A DNA stretch of 62,158 bases, filler included, from Platydemus manokwari (Eukaryota), in NCBI GenBank assembly GCA_037951405.1. It is 6 parts of 6 records of this genome, joined end to end, with 100 filler letters (N's around TTAATTAATTAA, not from the genome) between each part and the next. Parts side by side here need not be neighbours in the genome. Positions count along the whole stretch, not along the records: positions 33,002 to 42,379 come from JBBMOY011257208.1; positions 42,480 to 52,992 come from JBBMOY011127663.1; 4 more parts are not named here. One strand, written 5' to 3'. Positions 35,901-50,017 of the stretch are shown in pieces (the first letter of the stretch is position 1; the number at the start of each line of letters is the position of its first letter). The position numbers and the translations under genes were made by a program. Below the pieces are notes generated by a model. That model did not search any database. It saw only the letters and a program-made list of their open reading frames with translations, and was not told the DNA's origin.

Positions 35901-37685
35901 ATAATGTCTAAAAATCTTATTTATGCCAAACAAAATCATTATAATAAATTATTAATAAATATTACCATGGAAACATGGTATTCATCCTCCATTCAACAAT
36001 GCATTTATGTTATACTGGGAACTTTGTCAGATTTAGTCTGAAATTTTATACAATTTAAAATATATTCCAATATTTCTTCAATTGCTACTGTTCTCCCCCC
36101 ACAACAAATTCATATGGAGCTTTTCGTATTACAATATCTCGCATACTATCAAAAATTTTTTTAGGAATATATCGATAAGAACCAAGACAAATACAGTGAG
36201 TTAATAGAACTTCCTGAAAAGGGATGAAACAGTCTTGGTTGCCTTGGAAATTTGTTTATAAAATACAAAGGCTCGTATTTGTATATTTAGCCAATTTGAT
36301 GGGATATAATTTTTTACAATATACACATGAGTTTTTTTTTAATGAATAACGCAGCCATTCTCCAATGATACACGGTTTCATTGATTTGAAAAAATTCAGA
36401 ATGAAATACACGATAATTATTCAGATAATTATTCATGCATTAATTTAAATGTGCCTTCTGCATCAATGTATTTGGGATCATTAGAGGTTAGCTATTAAAT
36501 ACATAAAAAGCAATATTGAGATGACTGAAATCAACCACTCCGCTCTTAAATGTTCAGCAGGTTAACAAAATATTTTTCTGACATTTTTTCATATCCATGT
36601 TTAAAATTAAAAAATGTAATTAACGACAAACAACGCCATTTAACAAGATAGATTATTAAAATGAGTAAACGAATAAAATATATTCTATTAATTCTGAAAC
36701 GTAATCGATCTGATAACTCATACTGATTTATGAACCGAAAAATAGATTTCTTGTAAATCTTTAATTGAATCTGCTGCTCAAATTATTTTATCGATAAAAA
36801 CATTAGTATATTTCTAGCTTTTCTTCATTAAAATTTTTTTTTTTAAAAATGATACATTAGATCTGCATACAAAATTCAAAATTGACAGATATATTTCATC
36901 GGGTTTCTATACTCCACGGATTCATGAATTTGTATTTATTTGTAAATAATCCTAACAAACTATTGATTGGGAATTATAATTGCACGATTTTGTTCATAAT
37001 AATAATAATAATAATAAAATTAAAATTTTATTTAAATTTAACATGAAATTATATTAATTTTTTTATATAATTATATTTAAATATATAATTTAGTGTTGTC
37101 ACTTTTCAGTTCAGAGAATCGGCCATGAATAAACTCTGTGACAATATACACACAGTCACACACACATACATATCAATTAATGAGCGACGAGATAAATTTC
37201 AAACATTCATAAAGAATGTGCACACCAGTATAAAATTACAAATAAAAATTCCAATATTTATTTTGTTGTTAATCTTGTAACTGATTGGATAATATTGATT
37301 CTAACAAAAAACATTTGCTTCATATAAAATAAAAATTTAAAATGTGCGATTAATTTTTGCATCTACTCCAATAGAGCTAATAGTGAGTGAAAGGAATTAT
37401 GCAATGGATTGGAAACTGTCGTGAAATACAAGGTCAATTCCAATATTAATAATAATTTTATAATGAAAAAATAATCCTATTGTGGTTATAATCCATATAA
37501 CTCTGAAATGGTTAGAATTTTGGTTGCCGACTAGATTTAACGAAAGAAATAATTGGAAAATATTTTAGAAAATCAATAAAATATAATTTTTGATTTCAGA
37601 CTAACAACGTAATTCAGATAATCGATTGATATCGATGGACACTTAAATAGGAAGAATATTTAATAATATTGTTGTTATTAATATC

Positions 37686-37692
37686 ATTATTA

Positions 37693-37772
<80 letters not shown>
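37686..37772. repeat. (TAT)n microsatellite
   Basis: Direct inspection. Confidence 0.98.
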
Positions 37773-38012
37773 GTATAGTTCTCCTTGAACAATTAACTAA
37801 CCTCTGAATCCAAAAATATAAGATTGAAACTTTATTCCAAATCCGTACTACGCAGCATGACTTACAAAACAATTACACTTGACATACTTTTCAAAATATC
37901 AACAAAACCTCCTTTCCAACTGGCCATCTTTACAATGAGAATTACAAAATCAAATCCGTAATATATTTTCGTTTCCGAAAAATGATAGAAACAAATTTAA
38001 AATATAAACAAA

Positions 38013-38412
38013 ATGGATATAGTCAAGAAGAGGGCTCCTAAAATAATTTTTTAAATTTGTTTATTGTATTGCAAAAATCTATACAGTTTATTTATTTTTA
38101 TTCTTAAATACATTTTGAATTTTTTATTTAAGTACTTAAGAAGAATTTTAGTTGCACACTAGAGCCTGTAAATCTCCTAAAACTTGATTAATTGAAAACA
38201 GTATCATAGTAAGTCGAATTATAAATTTATTTTACAATTTTGGATTAGGAAATCGGTTTTAAAACTATGTTTTGCCCTTATTAGACATCCTAACAAGTTA
38301 GATATTATACATCTCAATTATATATAAAATTAAGTTAAAAAAATTATCTCCTGCGTGACAAGTCATTATTACGAAAGTAGGTCAAAGGACCCCTTTTCCT
38401 AACTTAAGCCAA
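38013..38412. mobile_element. MITE-like element, related to 54023-54265
   Basis: Imperfect TIRs (agtcaagaagagggctcct / aggaccccttttcctaact) and the internal block tattgcaaaaatctata.agtttatt shared with the 54 kb copy. Confidence 0.55.
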
Positions 38413-39989
38413 CAAAAGACATATTTTTTCATTTTGTTTTAATAGGCTATCAATTAATTTAAATTTGTTTTATTGAATGAGGGAATACAACACCTTCGTC
38501 CGAAGCACTCCTCACCTCATTTAACAGTGATAAAAATTGGTTCTAATTAAAATCAATAATTTATTGAGAATTATTTTTGTTAAAAAATTTTTGAAAGTAA
38601 TTTCATATAATTACTATTGATTTATTGATGCATGGAATTTAATCTTGAATTTTTACAGTTCAATAAATCAGGTTGACATTCGGCTGTCATGTATTTTTTC
38701 ACATCAAATTGGAACGAAATCGAAAGAAATAATTGAAAGAAAAAAAAACCAGAAATTTAATTTATAATGGAGTGGAGTTAAACAAATTTGAAATATTTCA
38801 TTGCTCTGTTTTTCAAAAATATACGATCGATCAATTCATAACAAATAAGCCGACAATTTTTTGAAATTGTTTCGATAATTGGCTTTCAAGATATTTTTTG
38901 TTGGATCAAGCTTTATATCAAAATATATGAATTCAAAGCAAAACAAAGTTGCTATGGTGATAATGTGAAAATTTGAATAATTGTTCCTGAATAGATAATT
39001 TGGTGTCGTGATTTTGTAGTTCGTTTTTAATGTGTCCTGATAAAATAGTAGCAGTTGACATGGTGACCACTAATTTGGATTCGACTTTGAGAAGGTCTAC
39101 GACATAGAAATATAGAAGAGGAGCAAGGTACAGAAATGATTTAGAGAAGATGTAAAAAAGATTGAAAGCAGATATAGAGAAGATATAAAGAAAATTAAGA
39201 AGATTCGAAGAAGATTGAAAGAGGAGAAAAGAAATAGAAATTTTCATTTCGATTAATATTTGAAGAATTAAATATAGATATAATTAGGAGTACTTAGAAA
39301 ATCAAACTTTTTCAAAAAAGGAGAATGTGAAAATGTTTACTTAAATAATTATTCTTAAAAAGATAATTTGGTGTTGTGATTTTTCAAATCGTTATCTTTG
39401 TAAAATAGTACCGGCTTACAAACATTATTGTGTTTGAAATGTTTTAGTAAGAACGGGCACATTAATTTATTAAAATGTGCTTAGATTAACAAAATATATA
39501 CAATGATAATTATAATATCAAATGATAAACTAAATATTGAAAAAACAATAACAAAATGCAAAAACATATTCAATGAACTAAATCCGTCACTGACCGACCA
39601 ATCTATTTTTTAAATCTTTTTTCTTGCAAGGTCTTTTACTCATTTGCTCTCCAGCCTTTTAGCCTTTTCTATTTCTAATCATTTTTGCTTTCGTACTGTG
39701 AATTGGTGAAGAATGTCACCGATTTTTTCTGTCTTTTCTGTTTTATGATAATACTCACTTAGAGCATTACGGGTTTTTCTCTTTCTAGATTGACAAAACT
39801 TCAATAAATACTTTCTTAAATTATTATTTTTAATTTTTTTTCCATGTCTTGTTTTTCACTTTATAAATCAATTATTCTAATTATTACACTTTAGTATTTA
39901 ATTTATTTGGGTTCTTTGGATTCCCAATATATACGAGCTCAAATTCCTTTAATAATACTTAATGGTTTGAATGAATCGGTTTTATAATC

Positions 39990-40740
39990 GGGCAATTTCT
40001 TAATTCTATAATTTTATAATGTTAATCTACTTCGTCTTTACTTTCCACTTAACCGCGTGCACCTGATATGATATACCTTGCTAGTTCCAAGCTATGAAAC
40101 ATTTATAGACTTGTATTACTTATAAAATTTATTTTCGCGTGGTAGAAAACCAAAGAAAGATAAATAAAGGATTTATTTGGATTTAAGATTGAAGAATCAT
40201 AGGAATTCTAAAATGGATTATACAGATCCTCGAATGTGCATCGGAATGCTTAATGCAGAATTTTCCGTCGCACATAAGCTCTTATTAACTTTAAAAATCA
40301 ATTTGATACCAAAGGAATACAAATTCTGTGTACTGGCAAGTCGTCTAGAATAAAATCCCTTTATGGACCGAATGATCACACCATATTTTGCTTTTTCTCT
40401 TCAGCTTTATAACTCTTCCTAATAGCTTGTTTTATTATCTTAGATTTTTGTTGAGTTACTAAAGAAATGATTTACAATACTGGTGGTGTAATTAATTTAT
40501 TTCACGTTCATAAATACTGTCCAGGCAATCCATACCAAGTGATCAGGAAACATTATTATATGGACATTAATGAAGTGAATTTCTTCAACTCAAGTGATAT
40601 TAAAGTGACATTGACTTTCTGATCATTCATAAGGATGATGAAAGAATTACTTGAATTCTATTGCTGATCTCAAAGTGCCCAATAATTTTCTGAATCATTA
40701 TAACAATTTATGTTTCCATTGTCAGTCATGCGATAGAGAA
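39990..40740 (-). pseudogene. Highly decayed retroelement integrase-like relic
   Basis: Minus-strand MTDNGN and SFHHP remnants resemble TDNG..SxYHPQ. Heavily disrupted. Confidence 0.3.
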
Positions 40741-42849
40741 GTATAATAAAACGAAAAAATGAACTAAATATGATAATTATATTTTAATTTGTTAAAAGCA
40801 TCCCAAGCAAAAAGTAAAGCAGTTTATGTGGTTGTCAAGAAATATAACCAATTAAAAGTATTCCTGAAAAATTATATTTAAATAACTTTTACGTACGAGA
40901 AAAAATTTGACAAAATAACAAAAAATACGGGAAAATAATTTAATCAAGGTTCGATCTTGTGTATTTCTATTCTGTCTTCATTTTGGAACAAAATGCACAA
41001 ATCATACAATTAATTAACGAAGCTGGATCTTAGAAATCGATGAAGCGTTAATTAATATACTCAAACAAATAAATCCGATATTAGTTCTGGATGATGGAAT
41101 TATTTTGATTTACGATTAAAATCTTCAAATCATTATTACATGACAGTACATAGACATATAAAGATGAGAGAATATTTATATCAGAAACTATTCTCGCTAT
41201 CAATGTTAAATATATATATTTTTCTTTTACAAATTTGTTTTTCCAACGATATTTGACAACAATAAAACGAAACAAAAAAATTGACTGATTAAAACAACGG
41301 GATAAATTAGTCATAAATCAAAAACACACTTCAGAATTGAGTTTAAAATGAATTAATTTTTCAATTTTCCTTTTCAGATCATATCGAGATCGGGATCTGA
41401 TGATCAATGGTCGAGAGGAAACAAGAGAGAAAAAAAAATTGAATTAATTCATGAGTCCAAGCTTCAGTGATAAATTCCAAAAAGCTAATATATACTCAAT
41501 ATACATAATTTCAGCCCTATTTTTTCTTTGATAAGAAATAAATAATTTATGGGAATATATCAACCATCAATTAAGGTCTTTTTAATTTCAGACCGCCAGA
41601 AACAAAACACCAATATTCCCCGCTCATTAGCCGTATTCTTAATATGAGAAATATGAGATATATTTATAATTTTATCTCTCTCCGGGCATGCTATTAGTTA
41701 GTTTTTTATTCTTTAAAGGGTTCTTAATTAATATCTTCCCCTGATAAAACATTCATTTAGATTTCTTCTATTTTGACTTCTATTTTTCTCTACTCAACTT
41801 CACTGAAACACATTATTTTTTATCTTTTTCCATTTTTAAGAATCTTTTTTAATTTTTTAATTTTTTCATTTTAACTTTACTGATTAAAAGTTATGAGGCT
41901 TGAATTAGCTTTATTATATGTGTGAGCGATTCTGAATTTTCAGAGGATAAAACCTTTTGCATTTACCTTGATATGTGTAAGATGGCCTTGACAGTAAGGC
42001 AATATGAAGAAATGAGATATTATAATTTGGAAATGAGAACTGAATACTTCAGCGAAAAATAAGATTATACATTTCCCGAATATTGGTTAAGTTATTTTAG
42101 AGTAGGATTTTGTAAATTGTGCTATATTCGAAGATGGAGCTCCTGAATATCTATATTAACAAGCAGTAGCAAGTGTTGTGTATTCGTATCTTATTGTTGT
42201 GCACGTTAGTACGTGGTTAGATCAGGAGAAGCTCCTCGATCATTATCTCAAAGTTTTTTACGTAATTATTAACGAACTGATATATAAGGGTAGGAGCTTG
42301 TTTGTAATTATTGATAGTCAAATTATATATTGTTTTTTAAAAAAATCTAAGTGAAAAATTCTATCTTTCGAAGTCAGAANNNNNNNNNNNNNNNNNNNNN
42401 NNNNNNNNNNNNNNNNNNNNNNNTTAATTAATTAANNNNNNNNNNNNNNNNNNNNNNNNNNNNNNNNNNNNNNNNNNNNCAGAATTGTACAAGATTTTCT
42501 TTAGTAAACACTCAATTGTTCTAAAAAAATTCCGGTTTTTAAGTTATAGACCCAATAAGATGCACTATACTGATAAATAACGAATTAATACCAAGAGATA
42601 TATAGAAATCTAAATTGCCATCGGCCTCTAATGACATGCCATAAGTATCGACGTGCCTACATTATCGTGTTAAAATAAAATTCACCAGCATTTATTGATA
42701 GAATGCTTGTGATGAAGAAATTTGAAATATTTTAGAGGAAATGAAAACAATTGATGCAGTGGATGTAAAGAGCAAAAACAGCGATGAAGATATAATTAAA
42801 ATTGTTATGAAGAGTATTGCTGTAATGAAATTTCATTGAGAAAATATGT

Positions 42850-43920
42850 CCAAGAAAGTGGTCCAATTTTTATGGCTTCTGGAGTTAATTAAAATTTATA
42901 AACCTGATCAAGCACGAGATCCAAACTAAAGAGGAATTAATTTCACAAAATCCTACTTAGAGAGCAAATTTCATGATTTTATAAAGAATCTTTTCAAAAA
43001 ATGGTATCACTGTGCCAGGTATAGATCACTGGAACTCTCCTTTAGTAGAAATTTCCAAGAAGATGGATCGATAAGAATTTCCTAAGGTTTTTGAGAATTA
43101 AATGAATGAATTGAAAAATTAGATTTTCCAGTAATATTAAGTATCACTGATTTAATTGAACAGCGTGAAAGATTTGGGTCAAACGTATTATAAGTCTAAC
43201 TTGCGAAATATTCCAAGTTAAAAGCTTCGTTCAGTACAAGTGCAGGATAGTTTTGCTTTAACAGGCCACCTTTAGACTTTGTATCTCTACCTCAGCTTTT
43301 TAGATTTTAACGAATACATTTTTTGAAATTTAAAATATAAAGACGCTTTGTCTATCTCTTCCATATAAGAACAATTGAGGAACGTAACACAATACTAAAC
43401 CAATTTTTCAAGCCGATTATATCTTCTACACTGAGAATAAACCCAGAAAAGTGGTATTTGGTAAAAGCAAATTATGTTTCCTAATTCACACATCAGTGCA
43501 AAATGCGTGGATACAAACAATGTCAAGATAATAATGATTAAAAATCAATTAAACCGTAGTGCAAAACACAATTGAGATAGTTTCAAGGATTGAGTAATTA
43601 TTACCATCAATTCATAAAAGATAACATAAAAGATATCATAAAATAAGGTAATGGAATGCATCAAATAGTGTGATGAAAGTTTTCATAAATCAAAATGAAA
43701 AGTTAGAAATAGTATCGATTCTGAGTTTTTCAGGCCTCAAGAAAGATATAATGTTAGATACCAACTTAAACTTTGGAGTTTATAAGACTGTTTTGAGTCA
43801 AATTGACAGCACAGAGAAAGAAATAGTATTTGCATATACTTCTAGAACTCTCACTAGTCAAGAAAAGGTTTTGTATTATAAGAAAAGAACTGTTCGCTGT
43901 CCATAAATTTATCTTACACT
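42850..43920 (+). pseudogene. Decayed Gypsy RT-RNase H
   Basis: Remnants HEIQTK, WNSPLV, KKDGSIRI (frameshifted), KASFSTSAG, LRINPEK, then MLDT..VLSQ..VFAYTSRTLTSQEK. Confidence 0.7.
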
Positions 43921-44233
43921 CATCATTAAATATTGGCATATATGAGAAATATCTCGAAATTAGTTAGTGCTCAGATTCAAACATTCTTTGCAAACTTATC
44001 CTTATCGAATTTCAATCTCCAGGATAGTAAGAAAACTGATTGTAAAAATTCAGCTGAACTACCATAATTAAATTAAGCTCTTTGCTTCGTAGTATTTAGT
44101 ACAACACCCCTGATCTAAGACAAGACGAAAGTCTCCTTATCAATATTGTTGTGCACTTAGGTACCATAACGATGAATTAAGAAAGATCCAACAACCTAAT
44201 ATCTATTGGGTTGTGAATGTTATAATAAGATAT

Positions 44234-44500
44234 TATACAACTCAACAGCGTTAGTTCTAATTTGTATGTAAGGATTTGATTTTGATTAAAAGTTGATACT
44301 TGATTTTAATTCAATTTAAAACGCTAACAGTTGTAATGAGTTTTCATTTATATAAATAAGTTATAGAACTAAAGTTCCACAATTGACTACAACTGTTATG
44401 ATTTTGATAATTATTAAAATGACACTGATAATAATAAATTGATTTCTAACAAACTTGTGTCTAAATTTGAAATGGACATGCGCTGTTGGATTGATTTATA
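44234..44500. mobile_element. MITE-like element with imperfect TIRs
   Basis: tatacaactcaacagcg (44234) and cgctgttggattgatttata (44500). Confidence 0.45.
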
Positions 44501-45152
44501 TAGAACCTAACAGAGACTCCTTGTTTGTACATCAATGAGAAAAAATAATTAATTAAAAATTATCACGTTTGTTTCAGTTATTATTCTACCATTTTTAGTT
44601 ACAAAAGTATAAACGAAATTATTTCTGAAAACAAAATTCAGATAATCAAAACCGAGAATATTGTAAATGAAACTCAAGAAAAACTATAGCTTTGATAAAA
44701 TTAGAATTCCAATTATTGGTGGTTTATTGTAACTAAATAGAAAGTAAATGATAAATCGCAGAATTAAAATAAAATATCTAGAGAATTCTGAAAAATTCGT
44801 TTTTCAATATAAATTAAAAATATTAGAACAAAATATCTGAAATGTTGGAATTATTTAACTTCGTTTACATTTATTATAATTATAACTTTATTTTTACAGT
44901 TATGTATTTATAATTTTGAGTACTTTTTACTAGCATTTAATTAAATTTATTGTTTAATTATATTATATTATAGTTCAATTATATTATATTGAAAATAAAT
45001 TAAAATCTTATTTAAATTTATGAAACTTAATTTTCAGAATTACACTAAATGTTTGTTTTTATTTATCTTGTTTTAAAATATATTTCTTTATAAACAATAA
45101 TTCAAACTTCATTTTCGGTATATTAAGTATCAACTTATTTATNNNNNNNNNN

Positions 45153-46869
45153 ATGTACTGTCCAGAAAATGATTATGCTATTAAAGAAGAAATTTTTGAT
45201 GAGTATATACATAGTAAATTAGAGTATTTAGACCCTCTTGAACCAAAAATAGAACCAGAATTTGATAGATATGGAGTTGATATGGATAACTTTCCTGAAA
45301 TTGACGATAATGCGAGATTAGATATAGATGTAAAAGGTGAAGCTAAAACTTCTCGTGAATATTCAAATGACCAAAATTATGAAGAATACACTAACGATGT
45401 AGAAGAAGAGGATAATCGTGAAACAGAAGACTTCGATGGTTTCAATGAAGGTGGAGCCCGTCCGGAAAAAGTAATGAATGATATTTTTGGAGATAGTGAC
45501 GAGGAAGAAGATTTCGAAGGTTTTAATCCTAATGAAGTGGAGAAGGAAAGTGCAAAACCTCAAGAAAAGATCATTTACGAAGAAACAAAACCTGTACTCG
45601 AACATCGTGAAGTTCCTCGTTATGAAATCGATGCACCACCATTGGAACATGGAACCGACATTTTAAGTTGCTTTGAAGGAGTTGTTGAGAGACAAAGGAT
45701 CGAAAAACGATTAAATCGTCCGAAAAAACGAACTGATGTGGAATTTCTCAATGATATGGATGACAGAATAGCAGATTTAATGAATAAAATGCGTCTAGCT
45801 GCAGTGGTAATCTATATTTTACTAAATTAAACCACTGTTCATGTTTGTGATGAAGGAAGATGAAGAGCTTTTTCTTTTGGGACAGCCTGGAATTAAAAAA
45901 ATTCAACTTTTATCAGCAGTGAAAGATATTTTGAACAGGTAATTTACATGAAAAAATAATTATTTATTAGTATAAATAATAATATTTAATGATAATATAT
46001 TAACAAATAATAATAAATATTAGATCAAATATTAAAGAAGCTCTCATTGAATCCAAATTTCTGGTTGTAATGGCAGCTTGGTTGAAACCATTACCCAATC
46101 ATATTTTGCCACCATTAGATATCAGAACGGTTATGTTAAAAGCTTTACTGGAGTTTCCCACGCTATCATCTGATGTGATGCGAGAGAGCAATATCGGCAA
46201 AGCTGTCATGTATCTCTGTAAACATCCCAAAGAAACACCAGAAAATAAAAAAATTGCCACATATTTGATAAGTAATCGATAATTATCATATGGAATTGCA
46301 TAACAACAATGATTGATATTTGTAGATGAATGGTCGAGACCGATATTCCATTTGTCTAGCAATTACGATGGAATGACTCGAGAAGAGAGATTGGAGAGAG
46401 ATCGAGCTATTGGGCCCAGAAGGAGATTAGTTGAGTGAGGATTTATTTGATTACGAATGATATTTGATTAATATTGTGTTTGTGTGTGTGTATTTGATGT
46501 TTTTACAGTCTTGATGCCAAGAAAGAAGTTGTTGATGATCCCGATAAAGCCACAAAACCTGGTGAAGACGGTTGGATACCACGGGCAACTGTGCCGAAAC
46601 CATCAAATAAAGATTACATCATTCGACCTTCATGGCGAGTTGATGATGTTAAGCGACCGTTTGATGATGATGATGACGATGAGGACGAGAGGTCGCGAGT
46701 AAATCGCGGTCCGCCCAAGAAGCGTTCCAAACAGAATCACAACAGCAATTCCAATAATCCGGCAAATTGGGAGAAAACCTTTCGTAAAATTAGGGAGGCT
46801 GGCAAACAGAGAAAAATGATTCAAAGAGCTGCAAATATCAGTATTCAGGGTCGAGGTCTTGGAGTTTGA
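45153..46869 (+). CDS. IWS1: IWS1/Spn1 transcription elongation factor (Spt6-binding, TFIIS N-terminal-like domain)
   Basis: Exons 45153-45806, 45856-45938, 46024-46271, 46326-46434 and 46509-46869, all GT-AG and in phase. Acidic N-terminus, then [77 protein letters not shown]. The start abuts a 10-N gap. Confidence 0.95.
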
Positions 46870-49811
46870 TGTGTGGAGGTGTTGCTGGGTTTGGTCGATT
46901 GATGTCGATCAACGGCATTTTCAGAATCTTTGTTATAATAAATAAAATGTTTTTATTGTCTTGTTGGGTTGGCCAGACTCACCGACGGGTGGGGGTGGTG
47001 TTTGTTATCTAATTTTATTGTTGCTATGGTCACGAATTTTCCATTTTTGGTTTTGTAGGAATTCACTAATTTTTGTTGATTATCTATTTTGTAAAGCTTT
47101 TTGAACTGACGATGTTACGAATTTTTATTTGTTATCGACCTTTATGATTTTCACTCGTGTTTCTTGCTTTCTTCCATATTTACAAGTCAAATTGATAGTT
47201 GTGAGCCATGTTATTATTTTTCTTCGGAATTGTTGTTAAAAACATCAATAGTTTTCAATCTCATTAGTTTCATGCAGTTTTTGTAGAGGTTAGATTGGAA
47301 ATGAGGGGACAAGGTTTTGTAATAATTATTTGATTTATTCTCAAAAAATATTTTCATTAAATTTTTCGGTAAATTTATTACGGAATTAACTGTAGGAGTT
47401 AATCACAGATCATCTTTTCTACGGAACAAATTTACTATTCGTTATTGTTAATAAATATAAAAATGTGAATCTTTAATATGGATTGATTTCATGAATTTAA
47501 TAAATAACACATTTTTCATATAAAGATTATTTTATTAATATTAATTAAGTTTTTAAAATATTTCCTCAAATATAGTATTCATTAATAAATTTAAAATTAA
47601 ATTCAATTATAATCGATTTTTAATATCAATAATAAATATTGTTTTCATCGTTTTTAAGAGTAGTTTCTACTGTACAACCAGAGTTTGATAATCATTTACA
47701 AAATTCTTGCAGAAATAATGATGACTCATCGATGGAATATTTCATCTAAAATTAGATACAGTTCTACAATATCGTATATTTTCTGTCATACAACACACAT
47801 TTGAAAATGAAAGAAATTGTGTGATAAGTGGATATCATAAATTCACATAGAAAGCGAAGTGAAAGAGAACGCAATATAATTAAGTATGTATGTTCAAGTT
47901 CATTTTGTAGATATATATATATATATGTCCACATGTGATTTTGTTCTAGCCAATCACTAGATAATACTTATTAATTCCAATAATTTTATGAAACGAATTA
48001 AAAAACTAATATTATTTATAAGCATTGATTTTGTAGAAAGCTAGCAAAATGATTTATCCCGTCTTACGGTAGGATAGCCTATCATATAGGCTTCTAGTCT
48101 CAGTTGTCCTCAATGCTGATATTCCCGTGAATAGATGTCATCGTGGTCAGTAAGGTCATCCTTGGTCATGAAGTTCATTAAAAATATCGAACCACACATG
48201 GTTGCCATACATCTTTGGAAAGTTCATTCGATTTCTTTGGACATATCGCCTGTTCAATAACTGTTCACGATTTTAACCTTTGTGCATTTCATTGGTAGAG
48301 ATTGTTACAGTATTTTTCTTCTCGTGTGTCTGTTGGATTGTTACTTCAATTTTGTTTTTACTGTTTTAAGGATTCATTTCACGTTGAACAATTTTTACCA
48401 AATTTCCGAACTTGATTTTGTAGAAGTTTCTCTGTGTTATCACTCTGTAGTGACTATTTGACCTCCAACTGTGTGTTTTTTCCCATGGGTCTGGTTGCTT
48501 TCCGACTGGCCAGTTGTCGGTTTTATGATCGGAGATAGTTCGGGGTGTCCATCTTGCCTACTATCATAAATTTGAAATGTTGGATTGTGTCTATTTGTTA
48601 GGCCTCCATTATTGAGATATGCATTTCAGCATCTCACACACTATCAAATTCATCAGTGAGAGTTGATATTTTCCTCTTTCCTTCAAGCTAGCTAGTTTCA
48701 ACATTATTTTCTAGGCGGTTGGTTAGTTTGGTTGAAGATTCTATTGTAGAAATTATTTCCCCTCCTTAGCTTTAGGTAATGTTGCGTTCAGACTAATCTC
48801 CAGAGTTGTCTAGCCAATGATGGTTGTTTGTTGATTTTCATTGAGTACTTGAAGATCAGGCTTTTTTGTTCTCTTCTCTATTGCTTGAGTTGTAAATGAG
48901 GATCTATGACCATTGATTTTCACGACTTTTTTTCAAGTTTTGACTGTTAGACATTTAATTTTTGCAGTTATCTACATTGATATTAATCGTAATGGAGTTG
49001 TCGGGATTTTTAACAACTTTTAAGGCCGTGTTATAGATGTCTATAATTGATGTCGCTTTCGCAGCAGTTGTATTGTTCTTGTTGGGATTGTTGTCCATAC
49101 AAATGCTTTTTTACTTTATGGTTCTGGTAGAATTTCGTCGATTTTCTTTCGGGTAGCTTTGTACTAACTCGTTTTGACTGTTTACGCCTAATCTATGCTC
49201 TGTGGGGTTGTACATTTTTATTGAATCAAATCCTTAGGTTTCCTTTCCCTATTTGAATTTGGTTGTTGCCTTGGATGTCATTTGGCATTAACTAAGAACT
49301 TTGATTAATTGACAAAGTAGCCAATTTTCGTTATAAGATCCTGTGACCTAAAGTGTCTTACAGGATAGAAATGATCTCTATTATTTATGTGTCTCCTGGT
49401 ATTGGAGGCATGATTAAGCCTGTCATCCTTGTAGGAATACTCAAAACACTGTCTATGTAATTGCATTCTATATTAGCTTCCCTATTACTAGCAGATTTAG
49501 AAAAATAATGTGTATATAATGTAAAAGGTACAATGAGAACCTTCTGTGAATAAGTTATTATTCATTTAAAACAATAAATAATATTATAAGCAAAAAAAAA
49601 ATACTTTATATAAGTTGGCTCAAACCAGTAGGTAAACTTTTAATAAATTCATCTATTAACTACAAATTTCTGCGCATGTTTAAAGCAATTAAAGGAAAAT
49701 GATTTATCTAATTTCTACGAGAAAGAGTGTCTTCAATGGGATGTTATTTTCGTGCTAGATTTTTTGAGGATATAATCTATGCCTTCTAACAGGTGAGTAT
49801 TTTCAATAATA

Positions 49812-49896
49812 GTCAGATGTTCGTGAATTCGAACTCCTCAATAGTAATGTACACCAGTTCTTGAAGCCAGCATTCTCAAATACTCGCTCTAACTCG
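49812..49896 (-). pseudogene. Degenerate tRNA-Leu(CAA)-like sequence (pseudogene or SINE head)
   Basis: Minus strand: ..ctggc TTCAAGA actgg.., long variable arm, GAGTTCGAATTC T-loop, ends TCTGAC. Stems pair poorly. Confidence 0.35.
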
Positions 49897-50017
49897 TTCG
49901 TATTTGAGAATTACGGCTTCAAAAGACTGACGTGTATTTCTACTATATGTATTATGTTGAATAAAACATATTTTTAAATCTACTAATAAAAACCCTATGA
50001 AAAACACTGTCTTAAAA

